Positions 41,372 through 59,859 of a DNA stretch of 64,000 bases are shown here, one piece after another. The stretch spans positions 158,171 through 222,170 of the forward strand of contig CBDAQJ010000002.1 of assembly GCA_965199155.1 (NCBI GenBank). Reading direction: 5' to 3'. Under the pieces are notes generated by a model. It ran no database searches. It saw nothing but the letters and a program-made list of their open reading frames with translations, and had not been told where the DNA came from. The position numbers and the translations under genes are program-made. Position 1 is the first letter of the stretch. Each line of letters starts with the position of its first letter. Source of the stretch: Acetobacteraceae bacterium. Lineage in GTDB: Bacteria > Pseudomonadota > Alphaproteobacteria > Acetobacterales > Acetobacteraceae.

Positions 41372-41848
41372 TTACCAGCGGTAGTGGCTGAAGGCCTTGT
41401 TCGCCTCGGCCATCCGGTGGGTGTCTTCACGCTTCTTCACGGCCGAACCGCGGTTGTTCACCGCGTCGTTCAGCTCGTTCGAGAGCCGCTCTTCCATCGT
41501 GTGCTCGCCGCGCTTGCGCGACGCATCGATGATCCAGCGGATCGCGAGGGCCTGGCGGCGCTCGGTGCGCACCTCGACGGGGACCTGGTAGGTCGCACCA
41601 CCGACGCGGCGCGAGCGAACCTCGACAGCCGGCTTCACATTCTCGAGCGCCTCGTGGAACATGCGCACCGGATCGCCCGATGCACCGCCACGGCGACGCA
41701 GCGTGTCGAGCGCACCGTAGACGATGCCCTCGGCAGCTGACTTCTTCCCATCATACATCAGCGCATTCATAAAACGCGTGATGACCTGGTCGCCGAACTT
41801 CGGGTCCGGCAGGATCTCGCGCTTCACGGCGCGGTGGCGGCGGCTCAT
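41372..41848 (-). CDS. rpsG: 30S ribosomal protein S7
   Basis: [20 protein letters not shown]...[19 protein letters not shown] canonical S7. Confidence 0.98.
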   Translation of the reverse strand: MSRRHRAVKREILPDPKFGDQVITRFMNALMYDGKKSAAEGIVYGALDTLRRRGGASGDPVRMFHEALENVKPAVEVRSRRVGGATYQVPVEVRTERRQALAIRWIIDASRKRGEHTMEERLSNELNDAVNNRGSAVKKREDTHRMAEANKAFSHYRW

Positions 41849-41862
41849 CCCTGGTCTCTCTC

Positions 41863-42234
41863 TTACTTCGGCCGCTTCGCGCCGTAGAGCGAACGACGCT
41901 TGCGACGCTTGGCGATGCCCTGGGTGTCGAGCACGCCGCGGAGGATATGATAGCGCACGCCCGGCAGATCCTTCACGCGGCCGCCGCGGATCAGCACGAC
42001 CGAATGTTCCTGCAGGTTGTGCCCCTCGCCGGGGATGTAGCTCACGACCTCGAAGCCGTTGGTCAGCCGCACCTTGGCGACCTTACGAAGCGCCGAGTTC
42101 GGCTTCTTCGGGGTCACCGTATAGACGCGCGTGCAGACGCCGCGCTTCTGCGGGCAACCCTGCAGCGCCGGCACCTTGTTGCGCTTGGCAGCAGGCTCGC
42201 GGCCCTTCGTAATCAGCTGGTTGATCGTCGGCAT
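41863..42234 (-). CDS. rpsL: 30S ribosomal protein S12
   Basis: MPTINQLI..G...[29 protein letters not shown] canonical S12. Confidence 0.99.
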   Translation of the reverse strand: MPTINQLITKGREPAAKRNKVPALQGCPQKRGVCTRVYTVTPKKPNSALRKVAKVRLTNGFEVVSYIPGEGHNLQEHSVVLIRGGRVKDLPGVRYHILRGVLDTQGIAKRRKRRSLYGAKRPK

Positions 42235-42612
42235 ACGCCCTTACGCCCTCACACCCGGTCCACGATCACGGCAGATCCACCAGAGCGCATCCGATCGCCA
42301 CATGAACACAGACCGCACGGTTCAGTGGGCCCAGGCCCACCCGCGCGGGGTGTCACACCGCCGAAGGCCTAAGCTTCGGGTCCGAAGAGGGACCGGAAGC
42401 GGCGCCACCAACGCAGATGCGTTCAATATGACGGAAGGACACCGCGATGGCGGGGTCTGCCGAGGGGCGGATACCTACGAGCCCGGTCTGGGCGAGTCAA
42501 GCGGTGTTCACCCCGCCGCGCCGAAGTGAAGCCTCGGCTACGGCCGAGCTTTTACTTGGAGGATGCCGGCCACCGCGACACTCTCCCCGTTGGCGGCGAT
42601 GAGGAACAGGGC

Positions 42613-43926
42613 ATGCGCACATCAAGGCTCGGCGTCGCCGTTGTGGCTTTCGCGGCCGTCCTCCACACGCCGGCGCTGGCGAACGACTCGGCCGCCGACA
42701 CGGAACGTGGCCTCGCTGTGTTCGGCCGCGTGTTCGAGACCATCCACGACAACTACGTCCACAGCGTCACGCGGGACGCGTTGGCGCGTGCCGCGATCGA
42801 CGGCATGCTCGCGAGCCTCGACCCGCACAGCGCCTACCTCCCCGAACCCGACTACGAGGCGCGCGAGGCGCTGCTGTCCGGCCGCTTCGCCGGCATCGGC
42901 CTCGACCTGCAGGACCGGCAAGGCATCGTGACGGTGGTGGCCCCCGTGGCGGGCAGCCCGGCCGCGGCCGCGGGCCTGCAACCGGGCGACCGTCTCCTGC
43001 GCGTCGACGGGCGCGACGTCGCCAATCTCCTGCTCGACGACGTGGTGGCACGGATCAAGGGCGAGCCCGGAACCACGGTCCGCCTGGCCGTCGAGACGGC
43101 GTCCCACAAGGTCCGCACGCTTCGCCTGAGGCGCGTGATGGTCCACATGCCGGTGGTCCAGTCGTCGCTGTTCGGCACCCGGGCCTATATCAAGTTGACG
43201 ACCTTCGACTCCGAGGCCGGCGCTGCCGTGGCCGCGTCCTGGGCGGCGCTCGCGCAGCAGGCCGGCGGGCCGCCTACGGGCCTCGTGCTCGACCTGCGTG
43301 GCAACCCGGGCGGCGAGGTCGACCAGGCAGTCGCGGTCGCCAGCCTTTTCATCCGTCGCGGCGCGATCGTCTCGATGCGCGGCCGCGATCGCGGCGACGA
43401 TGCCAGCTTCGGGGCGCACGGCCAGGACATCACGAGCGGCGCGCCGATCGTGGTGCTCTCGGATGCGAGCACCGCGTCGGCGAGCGAGATCGTCGCGGGC
43501 GCCCTGCAGGACCACGACCGCGCCGCGATCCTGGGCACCCGCTCCTTCGGCAAGGGCTCGGTCCAGGAGATGTTGCCGCTCGACGGTGACGGCGCTCTGG
43601 TGCTCACCACCGCGCTCTACTTCACCCCGAGCGGGCGTTCGATCCAGGGCCTCGGCATCGTGCCCGACATCGTCGTGCACGAAGCGCGCGACGAGCCCAA
43701 CGCGGCGGGCTCCACCGAGGCCACGCTGCCGCACGCGATCGAGCCGGTGGATGCGACCGACGTGCCGCGCGTCTCGCCCTGGCGGGCACTCGCGGGCGCC
43801 ATCGCGTCGCGCCCGCCCGCGACCTGGCCGGAGTTCGACGCGACCCTTCCTGCCACCGACTTCCAGCTGCAGCAGGGGTTAAAGCTGCTCGGGCTGATGT
43901 CCACCACCATGACGGCGCAGCGGTGA
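42613..43926 (+). CDS. S41-family C-terminal processing (tail-specific) peptidase with PDZ domain
   Basis: Internal ATG 42613 with GAGGA 7 nt upstream. Signal peptide MRTSRLGVAVVAFAAVLHTPALA. PDZ GIGLDLQDRQGIVTVVAPVAGSPAAAAGLQPGD. LDLRGNPGG, catalytic-Ser region SDASTASASEIVAG and GTRSFGKGSVQ. Confidence 0.88.
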   Translation: MRTSRLGVAVVAFAAVLHTPALANDSAADTERGLAVFGRVFETIHDNYVHSVTRDALARAAIDGMLASLDPHSAYLPEPDYEAREALLSGRFAGIGLDLQDRQGIVTVVAPVAGSPAAAAGLQPGDRLLRVDGRDVANLLLDDVVARIKGEPGTTVRLAVETASHKVRTLRLRRVMVHMPVVQSSLFGTRAYIKLTTFDSEAGAAVAASWAALAQQAGGPPTGLVLDLRGNPGGEVDQAVAVASLFIRRGAIVSMRGRDRGDDASFGAHGQDITSGAPIVVLSDASTASASEIVAGALQDHDRAAILGTRSFGKGSVQEMLPLDGDGALVLTTALYFTPSGRSIQGLGIVPDIVVHEARDEPNAAGSTEATLPHAIEPVDATDVPRVSPWRALAGAIASRPPATWPEFDATLPATDFQLQQGLKLLGLMSTTMTAQR

Positions 43927-44057
43927 TGCCCGTCGCATTCGGGCTGCACAGCTTCGGCGATCTCTCGGGCAGGGACGTCTCGGCAACACGGGTGCTGCGG
44001 GACGTGGCCTCCGAGGTCGCGCTCCCGGACGAGGTGGGCGTCGAACTGCTCAAGTAA
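43926..44057 (+). pseudogene. 43-codon remnant resembling the N-terminus of a luciferase-like (LLM class) flavin-dependent oxidoreductase
   Basis: Below the ORF-track size cutoff. My translation is MPVAFGLHSFGDLSGRDVSATRVLRDVASEVALPDEVGVELLK*. The ..FGL.SFGD......LR...E.A...E.G...F pattern matches LLM N-termini. The ATG overlaps the ctp TGA (TGATG). The frame ends at a TAA that is the first bases of repeat copy 4. Confidence 0.5.
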
Positions 44058-44175
44058 GAGTTGGGGCTCTGCCCCAAACCCCGCCAGGGAACTGGTCCCC
44101 TGGACCACCTTGAGTTGGCAGGTCCAGGACTGCTTGTCCTGGAGGGGGTGAAGGGGGCAGAGCCCCCTTCCCTTC

Positions 44176-44178
<3 letters not shown>
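44056..44178. repeat. Four-hairpin palindromic element, copy 4 (divergent stems)
   Basis: Hairpins: TTGGGGCtctGCCCCAA, CCAGGGAactggTCCCCTGG, TCCAGGACtgcttGTCCTGGA, GAAGGGGGCagaGCCCCCTTC. The left end overlaps the TAA of the LLM remnant and the right end (CTTCTTA) overlaps the rpoC TAA. Confidence 0.85.
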
Positions 44179-48372
<4,194 letters not shown>

Positions 48373-48445
48373 GCGTCACCCTCGTTCCGGGCACAGGCGG
48401 GGGCGCGTGAAAGCCCCCGCGCGGCCGCTGCGGTGTTCAGGTCAA

Positions 48446-52621
<4,176 letters not shown>

Positions 52622-52709
52622 CGCTGGCCCCCGAACCACATATCCAGCTGCCAGAACCTGGCAGCCCAGTCAGGCCTCCGCTCGCGAGCGGAAGCCGGAA
52701 ACGGCGGAC

Positions 52710-52739
52710 GGGCGGGCTCGCACCCTGCGAGTCCCGCCC
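52710..52739 (-). terminator. Strong imperfect hairpin in the rplL-rpoB spacer (candidate partial terminator/attenuator)
   Basis: Minus strand reads GGGCGGGaCTCGCAgggTGCGAGCCCGCCC, 13 bp with one bulge, followed by GTCCGCCGTTTCC (poor U-tract). An attenuator sits at this position in the E. coli rplJL-rpoBC operon. Confidence 0.4.
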
Positions 52740-52796
52740 TCCGCTAGTCTCGACCGATCCCGGCCCGGTGCTGCCACCCGGCCGCGACCGACGTCA

Positions 52797-53171
52797 TCAC
52801 TTCACCTCGACGGCCGCGCCCTGATCCTCGAGCATCTTCTTCAGCTTCGCGGCCTCGTCCTTGTTCACGCCTTCCTTGACGGTCTTCGGCGCGCCCTCGA
52901 CGAGGTCCTTGGCTTCCTTCAGCCCGAGACCCGTAATCGTGCGGATTTCCTTGATGACGTTGATCTTCTTGTCACCAGCCTTGGCGAGGATGACCGTGAA
53001 CTCGGTCTGCTCCTCGACCGGCGCCGCCGCCACGGCAGCCGCAGGGGCTGCGGCAGCAGCCGGCGCGGCTGCCGACACGCCCCATTTCTCCTCGAGGAGC
53101 TTCGTGAGCTCCGCCGCCTCGAGGACGGTGAGGGTCGACAGCTCGTCGACGATTTTCGACAAATCAGCCAT
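52797..53171 (-). CDS. rplL: 50S ribosomal protein L7/L12
   Basis: [22 protein letters not shown]...Ala-rich hinge...[20 protein letters not shown] canonical. Confidence 0.98.
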   Translation of the reverse strand: MADLSKIVDELSTLTVLEAAELTKLLEEKWGVSAAAPAAAAAPAAAVAAAPVEEQTEFTVILAKAGDKKINVIKEIRTITGLGLKEAKDLVEGAPKTVKEGVNKDEAAKLKKMLEDQGAAVEVK

Positions 53172-53298
53172 TCTGAACTTCCCTATCTAAGCCCTGCTGC
53201 ATGTGTTGCAAGCGGGTTGCACGTTCCTGCGATAAAATTTGGAGGACGCCGCTGGCGGCAGCCCCCAAGATCGCACCCAAATCAACCGCGCACCGCCC

Positions 53299-53829
53299 TC
53301 AGGCGGCCTCCGCCTCGGCGTCGTCTTTCCTGGAATAGGCCCCGAAGACCCGCGCCAGGCCCGCACCCGGCGCACTGATGATGCTGGCGATCTGCGTTGC
53401 GGGGGCGGAGATGAGCCCCAGCAGCTGCGCACGCAGCACATCGAGCGACGGCAAGTCGGCGAGTGCCCGGATCCCGTCCGCATTCAGCGTCTGGGTGCCG
53501 AGAGCTCCGCCGAGGATGACGAGCTTGTCGTTGGTCTTGGCGAAATCGACGGCGGCCTTCGTCACGGCCACAGGGTCGGTCGCCCACGCAAGCGCGGTCG
53601 GTCCCTTCAGCAGCGGCGTGATCCCGTCGAACCGGGTCCCATCCAGAGCCAGATCGGCCAGACGGTTCTTCGCGACCTTGTAGTTCGCACCGGCTGCCCG
53701 CATCCGACGTCGCAGATCCGTCACCTGGGCGACCGTCAACCCGTCATTGCGGGTGACGACGACCATCGACGTCTCGGCGAAGACGGCGGCGAGCATCGAG
53801 ACGAACTCGCGCTTCTCCGTACGGTCCAA
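53299..53829 (-). CDS. rplJ: 50S ribosomal protein L10
   Basis: (M)DRTEKREFVSMLAAVF... canonical L10 N-terminus if TTG 53829 is the start. GGAG lies 8 nt upstream and the product is 176 aa. The ORF-track start is GTG 53859. Confidence 0.93.
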   Translation of the reverse strand: MDRTEKREFVSMLAAVFAETSMVVVTRNDGLTVAQVTDLRRRMRAAGANYKVAKNRLADLALDGTRFDGITPLLKGPTALAWATDPVAVTKAAVDFAKTNDKLVILGGALGTQTLNADGIRALADLPSLDVLRAQLLGLISAPATQIASIISAPGAGLARVFGAYSRKDDAEAEAA

Positions 53830-54083
53830 TGTCCCGTCTCCAGATATGGCCAGAGGCACAGCGCCCCCGGCCGGTTCACCCGAGCGGCACGCGCGTGCGC
53901 GCCGCTCCGCCTGTCCGGAAGACGAAACCCCGTCAGGGCTTCGACCCCGTCTCCCGCGCGCCGGGGGCGAGCCCCCGATTAAAGCCCCCGTTCAGAAGAA
54001 CAGGCGCTGCGTGCAGTCTCGGACAGGTCGGGGCACCCGAAAGTGCCCCTGCGCGCCACCCGCAAAGGTGGCGAATTTCCGCG

Positions 54084-54779
54084 TCAGGCCACTGAGACGG
54101 TCGCGACGTCCACCGGAACACCCGGACCCATCGTCGAGCTCAGCGAGATGCGCTTGAGGTAGGTCCCCTTGGCACCGGTCGGCTTCGCCTTCTGGATCGC
54201 GTCCACGAAGGCCCGGATATTCTCCAGGATCGCGTCCTCGTCGAAGCTCGCCTTGCCGACGCCGGCATGCACGATGCCCGCCTTTTCCGCGCGATACTCG
54301 ACCTGGCCCGACTTGGCCGCCGTGATCGCACCCTTCACATCCATCGTCACCGTGCCGAGCCGCGGGTTCGGCATCAGGCCGCGCGGACCGAGGATTTTTC
54401 CGAGGCGCCCGACCAGCGCCATCATGTCGGGGGTCGCGATGCAGCGGTCGAAGGCGATCTCGCCCGCCTGCACCCGCTCGGCCAGGTCGTCGGCCCCCAC
54501 CACGTCGGCGCCGGCGGCGAGCGCCTCCTCGGCCTTCGCCCCGCGCGCGAACACGCCCACGCGGAGCGTCTTGCCGGTGCCGCGCGGCAGGCTGAGCAAG
54601 CCCCGCACCATCTGGTCGGCATGGCGCGGGTCGATTCCCAGCGCCATCGAGATTTCCACCGTCTCGTCGAATTTTGCCCGCGCATTGTCCTTCACGAGGG
54701 CGACAGCCGCGCCGAGCTCATAGAGCTTGCCGATCTCGACCTTGGCAGCGGCGGCGTTCAGGCGCTTGTTCTTGGCCAT
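54084..54779 (-). CDS. rplA: 50S ribosomal protein L1
   Basis: [23 protein letters not shown]...LPRGTGK..RV.VFA canonical L1. Confidence 0.98.
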   Translation of the reverse strand: MAKNKRLNAAAAKVEIGKLYELGAAVALVKDNARAKFDETVEISMALGIDPRHADQMVRGLLSLPRGTGKTLRVGVFARGAKAEEALAAGADVVGADDLAERVQAGEIAFDRCIATPDMMALVGRLGKILGPRGLMPNPRLGTVTMDVKGAITAAKSGQVEYRAEKAGIVHAGVGKASFDEDAILENIRAFVDAIQKAKPTGAKGTYLKRISLSSTMGPGVPVDVATVSVA

Positions 54780-54783
54780 CGGA

Positions 54784-55218
54784 TCAGCCCTCCACCACGG
54801 CGAGGCCCATCGAGCGCGCCGAGCCCCGCAGCATGCTCACGGCCCCTTCGACGTCGTTCGCGTTCATATCGACCATCTTCTGGGCGGCGATCTCGCGCAG
54901 CTGCGTCACCGTCACCGAGCCGATCGTGGCCGTCTTGCCGACGGTGGGCGAGCCCTTGGTCAGCTTGGCCGCCTTCATCAGGAAATACGTGTTCGGCGGC
55001 GTCTTCATCACGAAGGTGAAGGTGCGGTCGCCGAACGCGGTGATCACCACGGGCACGGGCATACCCGGCTCCATCCCCTGCGTCACCGCGTTGAATTCCT
55101 TGACGAACGCCATGATGTTCAGGCCGCGCTGACCCAGTGCCGGGCCCACCGGCGGCGACGGCGTCGCCTTGCCGGCCGGGATCTGCAGCTTGATGTAGCC
55201 GACGACTTTCTTCGCCAT
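54784..55218 (-). CDS. rplK: 50S ribosomal protein L11
   Basis: Internal ATG 55218 of ORF 54784..55590. [36 protein letters not shown] canonical. 144 aa. Confidence 0.97.
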   Translation of the reverse strand: MAKKVVGYIKLQIPAGKATPSPPVGPALGQRGLNIMAFVKEFNAVTQGMEPGMPVPVVITAFGDRTFTFVMKTPPNTYFLMKAAKLTKGSPTVGKTATIGSVTVTQLREIAAQKMVDMNANDVEGAVSMLRGSARSMGLAVVEG

Positions 55219-55462
55219 TTGGCGTATCCTTCCCATCGAAGGACCGCGGTCCATGCGACGATCCCCTGCGCAGCCCCATGGCCGACAGGCGACATCTCCC
55301 GCGTTCCGGAAAGGCGGGTGACTAGAACGGTGGCGCCACCCCGTCAAGCGCCTGCCTCGCGGGTTCCCGCACCTAAAAACGAATTTGCTTGAGCGCCAGG
55401 CGTCGCGATGAGAACACCCGCGCGCCGCCCCATCGACCGGGGGGCGACACGGAGAGCACCGT

Positions 55463-58400
55463 TTGAACGCCATCGTCCTCGTCGCCCTGAAGCGCCCGCT
55501 GACCTTCGTGGTGCTGGCGATCCTGATCCTGATCTTCGGCGGCCTCGCGGCGTGGCGGACCCCCACCGACATCTTCCCCGGCATCGGCATCCCGGTGGTC
55601 GCCGTGATCTGGGCCTATGCCGGCCTGTCGCCCGCCGACATGTCCGGCCGCGTCGTCTATTATTTCGAGCGCTCCATGACGGCCACCGTGTCGAACATCG
55701 AGCATATCGAGAGCCAGGCCCTGTACGGCCGCGGGGTGGTGAAGATCTTCTTCCAGCCGGGCACCAACGTCGCCGCCGCCCAGGCGCAGATCGCCGCCTC
55801 CGCCCAGACCGTGCTCAAACAGATGCCCGCCGGCATCACGCCCCCCTCGATCCTCGCCTACGACGCCTCCTCGGTCCCGGTGATGGATGTGCAGGTCTCG
55901 GGCGCCACCCAGACCGTGCAGGAGCTCTACAACCTCGCCTCGAACTTCATCCGCCCGGCGCTGATCACGGTGGCCGGCGTCGCGATCCCGACCCCTTACG
56001 GCGGCACCAGCCAGGTGATCGCCGTCGACCTCAGCCAGCGCGGCCTGCTCGAGCACGGTCTCTCGGCGCAGGACGTGAGCGCGGCGCTCGCCCGGCAATA
56101 CCTCGTGCTGCCCGCCGGCGACCAGAAGATCGGCAAGCTCGACTACATGGTCCGCACCAACGCGGCCCCGCTCAGCATCGCCACCTTCAACAGACTGCCG
56201 ATCAAGCAGGTCGGCAACGCCATCGTGACGCTCGGCGACGTGGCCTTCGTCCATCTCGGCGGCGTGCCGCAGGCGAACCTGGTGCTGGTGCACGGCAGGC
56301 AGTCGGTGCTGATGTCGATCCTCAAGACCGGCGACGCCTCCACGCTGGCGGTCACCGCCGGCATCAAGGCGCTGCTGCCGCAGATCGAGAGCACGATGCC
56401 CAAGGGCGTCACCATCACGCCGATCAACGACGAATCCAGCTTCGTCCGCGACAGCGTGGTCGACGTGGTGCGCGAGATGGTCACCGCGGCCTGCCTCACC
56501 GGCATGATGGTGCTGCTGTTCCTGGGCTCGTGGCGCTCGACGCTGATCGTGGCCACCTCGATCCCGCTCTGCATCCTCACCTCGATCATGGTGCTCTCCT
56601 GGCTCGGCCAGACCATCAACGTCATGACGCTGGGCGGCCTGGCGCTGGCCGTCGGCATCCTGGTCGACGACGCCACCGTGATGATCGAGAACATCGCCGC
56701 CCACCTGGAGACGGGTCAGGCGCTCGAAGAAGCGATCGTCGAGGCCGCCAACCAGATCGTCGTCCCGACCTTCGTCTCGACGCTGTGCATCTGCATCGTC
56801 TGGCTGCCGCTGTTCTCGCTCGCGGGCATCGGCGGCTACCTGTTCCGGCCGCTGGCGTTGTCGATCATCTTCGCGATGATCGCGTCGTTCATCCTGTCGC
56901 GGACGCTGGTGCCGACCATGGCGGCCTGGCTGCTCGCGGGCCAGGTGCACCACGCGCATGGCGGGGGCGAGTCGTCGCCCAAGCGCGGTCTCGCCGGACG
57001 CTTCCAGTCCGGCTTCGAGCGCCGCTTCACCCGCCTGCGCGACGGCTACCGCGACCTGCTCGGCGAGATCACCGCATCCAGCGGCGTGTTCATCCTGGGC
57101 TTCCTCGCGGTGACGCTCCTCTCGCTGGGCCTGATCCCGTTCCTCGGCCGCGACTTCTTCCCCGAGGTGCGCTCGGCCAATCTCGACCTGCACATGCGCG
57201 CCCAGATCGGCACCCGCATCGAGGACACCGGCAAGCTCGCGGTGCTGGTCGACGGCGAGATCCAGCGCGCCCTGCACCCGCATGTCCGCAACATCGTCAA
57301 CAATTGCGGACTGCCGTCGAGCGGCATCAACGAGGCCTACAGCGCGAATGGCGTGATCGGCACCAGCGACTGCGAGCTCACCGTCACGCTCGACAGCGAG
57401 GACAGCCCCGTCCAGCGTGACCGCCGCATCCTGCGCCGCACGCTCGCGCGGAATTTTCCCGGCACGCAGTTCAACTTCCTGCCCGGCGACATCACCGCCA
57501 AGATCCTGAACTTCGGACTGCCCGCACCGATCGACGTCCAGGTGATCGGCCGCGACAGCCAGGAGAACTTCGACTACGCGAAAACGCTGCTGGCCAAGAT
57601 CAACCGCATCCCCGGCGTGGCGGACGCGAGCGTGTTCGAGACCATGAGCCAGCCGACGCTCGACCTCGACGTGTCACGCTCGTTCGCCGCCCGCACCAGC
57701 CTCACGGAGGCGAACGTCGCCAACAACGCGCTGTCCACGCTCTCGGGCAGCAGCCAGATCGGCGTCAACTACTGGCTCGATCCGAAGACCGGCGTGTCCT
57801 ACCTGATCAACGTCGAGACGCCGCAGAACGAGATCGACACGATGAACGATCTCGAGACGGTGCCGATCGACAGCGGCGACGGCGATCCGACCGGCCGCGA
57901 GATGCAGCTGCTCGGCGGCCTGGGAAAGATCGAGCAGAGCGGCATGCCGATCATCGTCTCGCATTACAGCATCACGCCGACGATCAACATCTACGCCAGC
58001 GCCGAAGGCCGCGATCTCGGCGCCGTCAGCACCGCCATCGACAAGGTTCTCGCCGACAACAAGGCCGGCATCCCCAAGCGCAGCCAGGTGGCGGTGCGCG
58101 GGCAGGCCGTCACCATGGCGAGCTCCTACCACCAGCTGCTCGGCGGCCTGCTGTTCTCGGTGGTGCTGATCTACCTGGTGATCGTCGTGAATTTCCAATC
58201 CTGGATCGACCCGTTCATCATCATCACCGCGTTGCCGGGCGCACTCGCGGGCATCGTCTGGGCGCTGTTCATCACCGGGACCACGCTGTCGGTGCCCGCA
58301 CTCACGGGTGCGATCATGTGCATGGGGACGGCCACCGCGAATTCCATTCTCGTCGTCTCCTTCGCGCGCGAGCGCCTGGCCGCGCACGGTGACGCCGCGC

Positions 58401-58639
58401 GTGCCGCCATCGAAGCCGGCTACGCGCGGCTGCGTCCCGTGCTGATGACCGCGCTCGCGATGATCATCGGCATGCTGCCGATGTCGATGAGCAACACGCA
58501 GAACGCGCCACTCGGCCGCGCCGTGATGGGTGGCCTGCTGGTGGCCACGATCTCGACCCTGCTGTTCGTGCCTTCGGTCTTCACCTTCATCCATTCGCGC
58601 CTCGGCCGGCGCGGCCACGTCCAAGCGGAGGCGCATTGA
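55463..58639 (+). CDS. Efflux RND transporter permease subunit (AcrB/AcrD/AcrF superfamily)
   Basis: TTG start with GGAGAG 6 nt upstream. 1058 aa, 12-TM RND pattern. [18 protein letters not shown]...FPGIGIPVV and [14 protein letters not shown]. Confidence 0.9.
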   Translation: MNAIVLVALKRPLTFVVLAILILIFGGLAAWRTPTDIFPGIGIPVVAVIWAYAGLSPADMSGRVVYYFERSMTATVSNIEHIESQALYGRGVVKIFFQPGTNVAAAQAQIAASAQTVLKQMPAGITPPSILAYDASSVPVMDVQVSGATQTVQELYNLASNFIRPALITVAGVAIPTPYGGTSQVIAVDLSQRGLLEHGLSAQDVSAALARQYLVLPAGDQKIGKLDYMVRTNAAPLSIATFNRLPIKQVGNAIVTLGDVAFVHLGGVPQANLVLVHGRQSVLMSILKTGDASTLAVTAGIKALLPQIESTMPKGVTITPINDESSFVRDSVVDVVREMVTAACLTGMMVLLFLGSWRSTLIVATSIPLCILTSIMVLSWLGQTINVMTLGGLALAVGILVDDATVMIENIAAHLETGQALEEAIVEAANQIVVPTFVSTLCICIVWLPLFSLAGIGGYLFRPLALSIIFAMIASFILSRTLVPTMAAWLLAGQVHHAHGGGESSPKRGLAGRFQSGFERRFTRLRDGYRDLLGEITASSGVFILGFLAVTLLSLGLIPFLGRDFFPEVRSANLDLHMRAQIGTRIEDTGKLAVLVDGEIQRALHPHVRNIVNNCGLPSSGINEAYSANGVIGTSDCELTVTLDSEDSPVQRDRRILRRTLARNFPGTQFNFLPGDITAKILNFGLPAPIDVQVIGRDSQENFDYAKTLLAKINRIPGVADASVFETMSQPTLDLDVSRSFAARTSLTEANVANNALSTLSGSSQIGVNYWLDPKTGVSYLINVETPQNEIDTMNDLETVPIDSGDGDPTGREMQLLGGLGKIEQSGMPIIVSHYSITPTINIYASAEGRDLGAVSTAIDKVLADNKAGIPKRSQVAVRGQAVTMASSYHQLLGGLLFSVVLIYLVIVVNFQSWIDPFIIITALPGALAGIVWALFITGTTLSVPALTGAIMCMGTATANSILVVSFARERLAAHGDAARAAIEAGYARLRPVLMTALAMIIGMLPMSMSNTQNAPLGRAVMGGLLVATISTLLFVPSVFTFIHSRLGRRGHVQAEAH

Positions 58640-59859
58640 TGGCCGTCCCCCCGAAGCCCGGGCGAACACGACGGCGCCTGCTGCTGCTATGTGCTGCGAC
58701 CGCCGCGATCGCGCTCGCCGCCTTCGGCATCCTCGAGCGGCAGCACAACGTCGCGGCCCTGGCCGTCGAGGCGGACGACGCCGCCGTGCCCGACGTCACG
58801 CTGGTGGCACCTCAGCCCGGCCCGAAGACGCGCACGCTGACGCTGCCGGGCGATGTCGACGCTTGGTACCAGGCGCCGATCTTCGCGCAGGTGAGCGGCT
58901 ACGTTCACATGTGGTACAAGGATTACGGCGCGCACGTGAAGACGGGCGACCTGCTGGCGACGATCGACACGCCGGATCTCGACCAGCAGCTCTCGCAGGC
59001 GCAGGCCCAGCTGAAAGTCGCCCAATCCCGCTACGAACTTGCCCAGGTGACGGCCAAGCGCTGGAAGAGCCTTGCCGGCACGCAGGCCGTCAGCCAGCAG
59101 GAGGTCGACGTCAACGTCGCCAACGCGCGCGAAGCGGCCTCCGAAGTGGACGCCGCCCGCTTCAACGTCGCCCGCTTCCAGGCGCAGGAATCCTTCAAGC
59201 GCGTCGTGGCCCCCTTCGACGGTGTCGTCACCGCGCGCCAGACCGATGTCGGCAACTACGTCACCGCTGCCGGCGGCAGTGCGAGCGGCCAGGGCGGTGC
59301 GACCGAGCTCTTCTCGGTCGCCGACCTGCATCAGATGCGGGTCTTCGTGTCGGTGCCGCAGGATTACTCGGGCTCGCTGCGGCCGGGGCTGACCGCCAAG
59401 GTGGTGCTGCCGCAATTCGCCAACGAGGTGTTCGCCGCCGACTTCGCAACCACCTCGAACAGCTTCAACACCCAGTCCCGCACCGTGCTGACCGAGTTGC
59501 TGGTCGACAACACCGACCGCAAGATCTGGCCGGGCGCATTCGCCGAGGTGCATTTCGCCGTGCCGAGCCGGCCCGGCATCCTCGTGGTCCCCGAGCAGTC
59601 GCTGCTGTTCCGGTCCGCGGGCCTGCAGGTCGCCCTCGTCAGCCACGGCCGCGTGCATCTGCAAAACGTCGTGCTCGGACTGAACCTCGGCAACACGGTG
59701 CAGATCGTCGGCGGGCTCACGGCCGCCGACCGCCTGATCGGCAACCCGTCCGACGGCCTGCTCGAGGGCCAGGAGGTCCACGTCGTCAACGTGCCCGCGC
59801 AGAACGCCAACAACGACACCGAAGGCGCCAGGCCGCCCGGACAAGACGCCACCGAATGA
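58639..59859 (+). CDS. Efflux RND periplasmic adaptor (membrane fusion protein)
   Basis: ATG 58639 overlaps the permease TGA (TGATG); the ORF track starts one codon earlier at TTG. VSGYVHMWYKDYGAHVKTGDLLATIDTPDLDQQL...VVAPFDGVVTARQTDVGNYV. Confidence 0.88.
   Translation: MAVPPKPGRTRRRLLLLCAATAAIALAAFGILERQHNVAALAVEADDAAVPDVTLVAPQPGPKTRTLTLPGDVDAWYQAPIFAQVSGYVHMWYKDYGAHVKTGDLLATIDTPDLDQQLSQAQAQLKVAQSRYELAQVTAKRWKSLAGTQAVSQQEVDVNVANAREAASEVDAARFNVARFQAQESFKRVVAPFDGVVTARQTDVGNYVTAAGGSASGQGGATELFSVADLHQMRVFVSVPQDYSGSLRPGLTAKVVLPQFANEVFAADFATTSNSFNTQSRTVLTELLVDNTDRKIWPGAFAEVHFAVPSRPGILVVPEQSLLFRSAGLQVALVSHGRVHLQNVVLGLNLGNTVQIVGGLTAADRLIGNPSDGLLEGQEVHVVNVPAQNANNDTEGARPPGQDATE

Noticed and set aside
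42531-42558. A + strand hairpin CTCGGC-tacg-GCCGAG followed by CTTTTACTT in the rpsL/ctp divergent region, resembling an intrinsic terminator of an unannotated sRNA.
   Set aside because: The stem is only 6 bp. There is no identifiable upstream promoter or conserved sRNA. It lies in what is most simply the 5' UTR of the protease gene, so the evidence is too weak to call.
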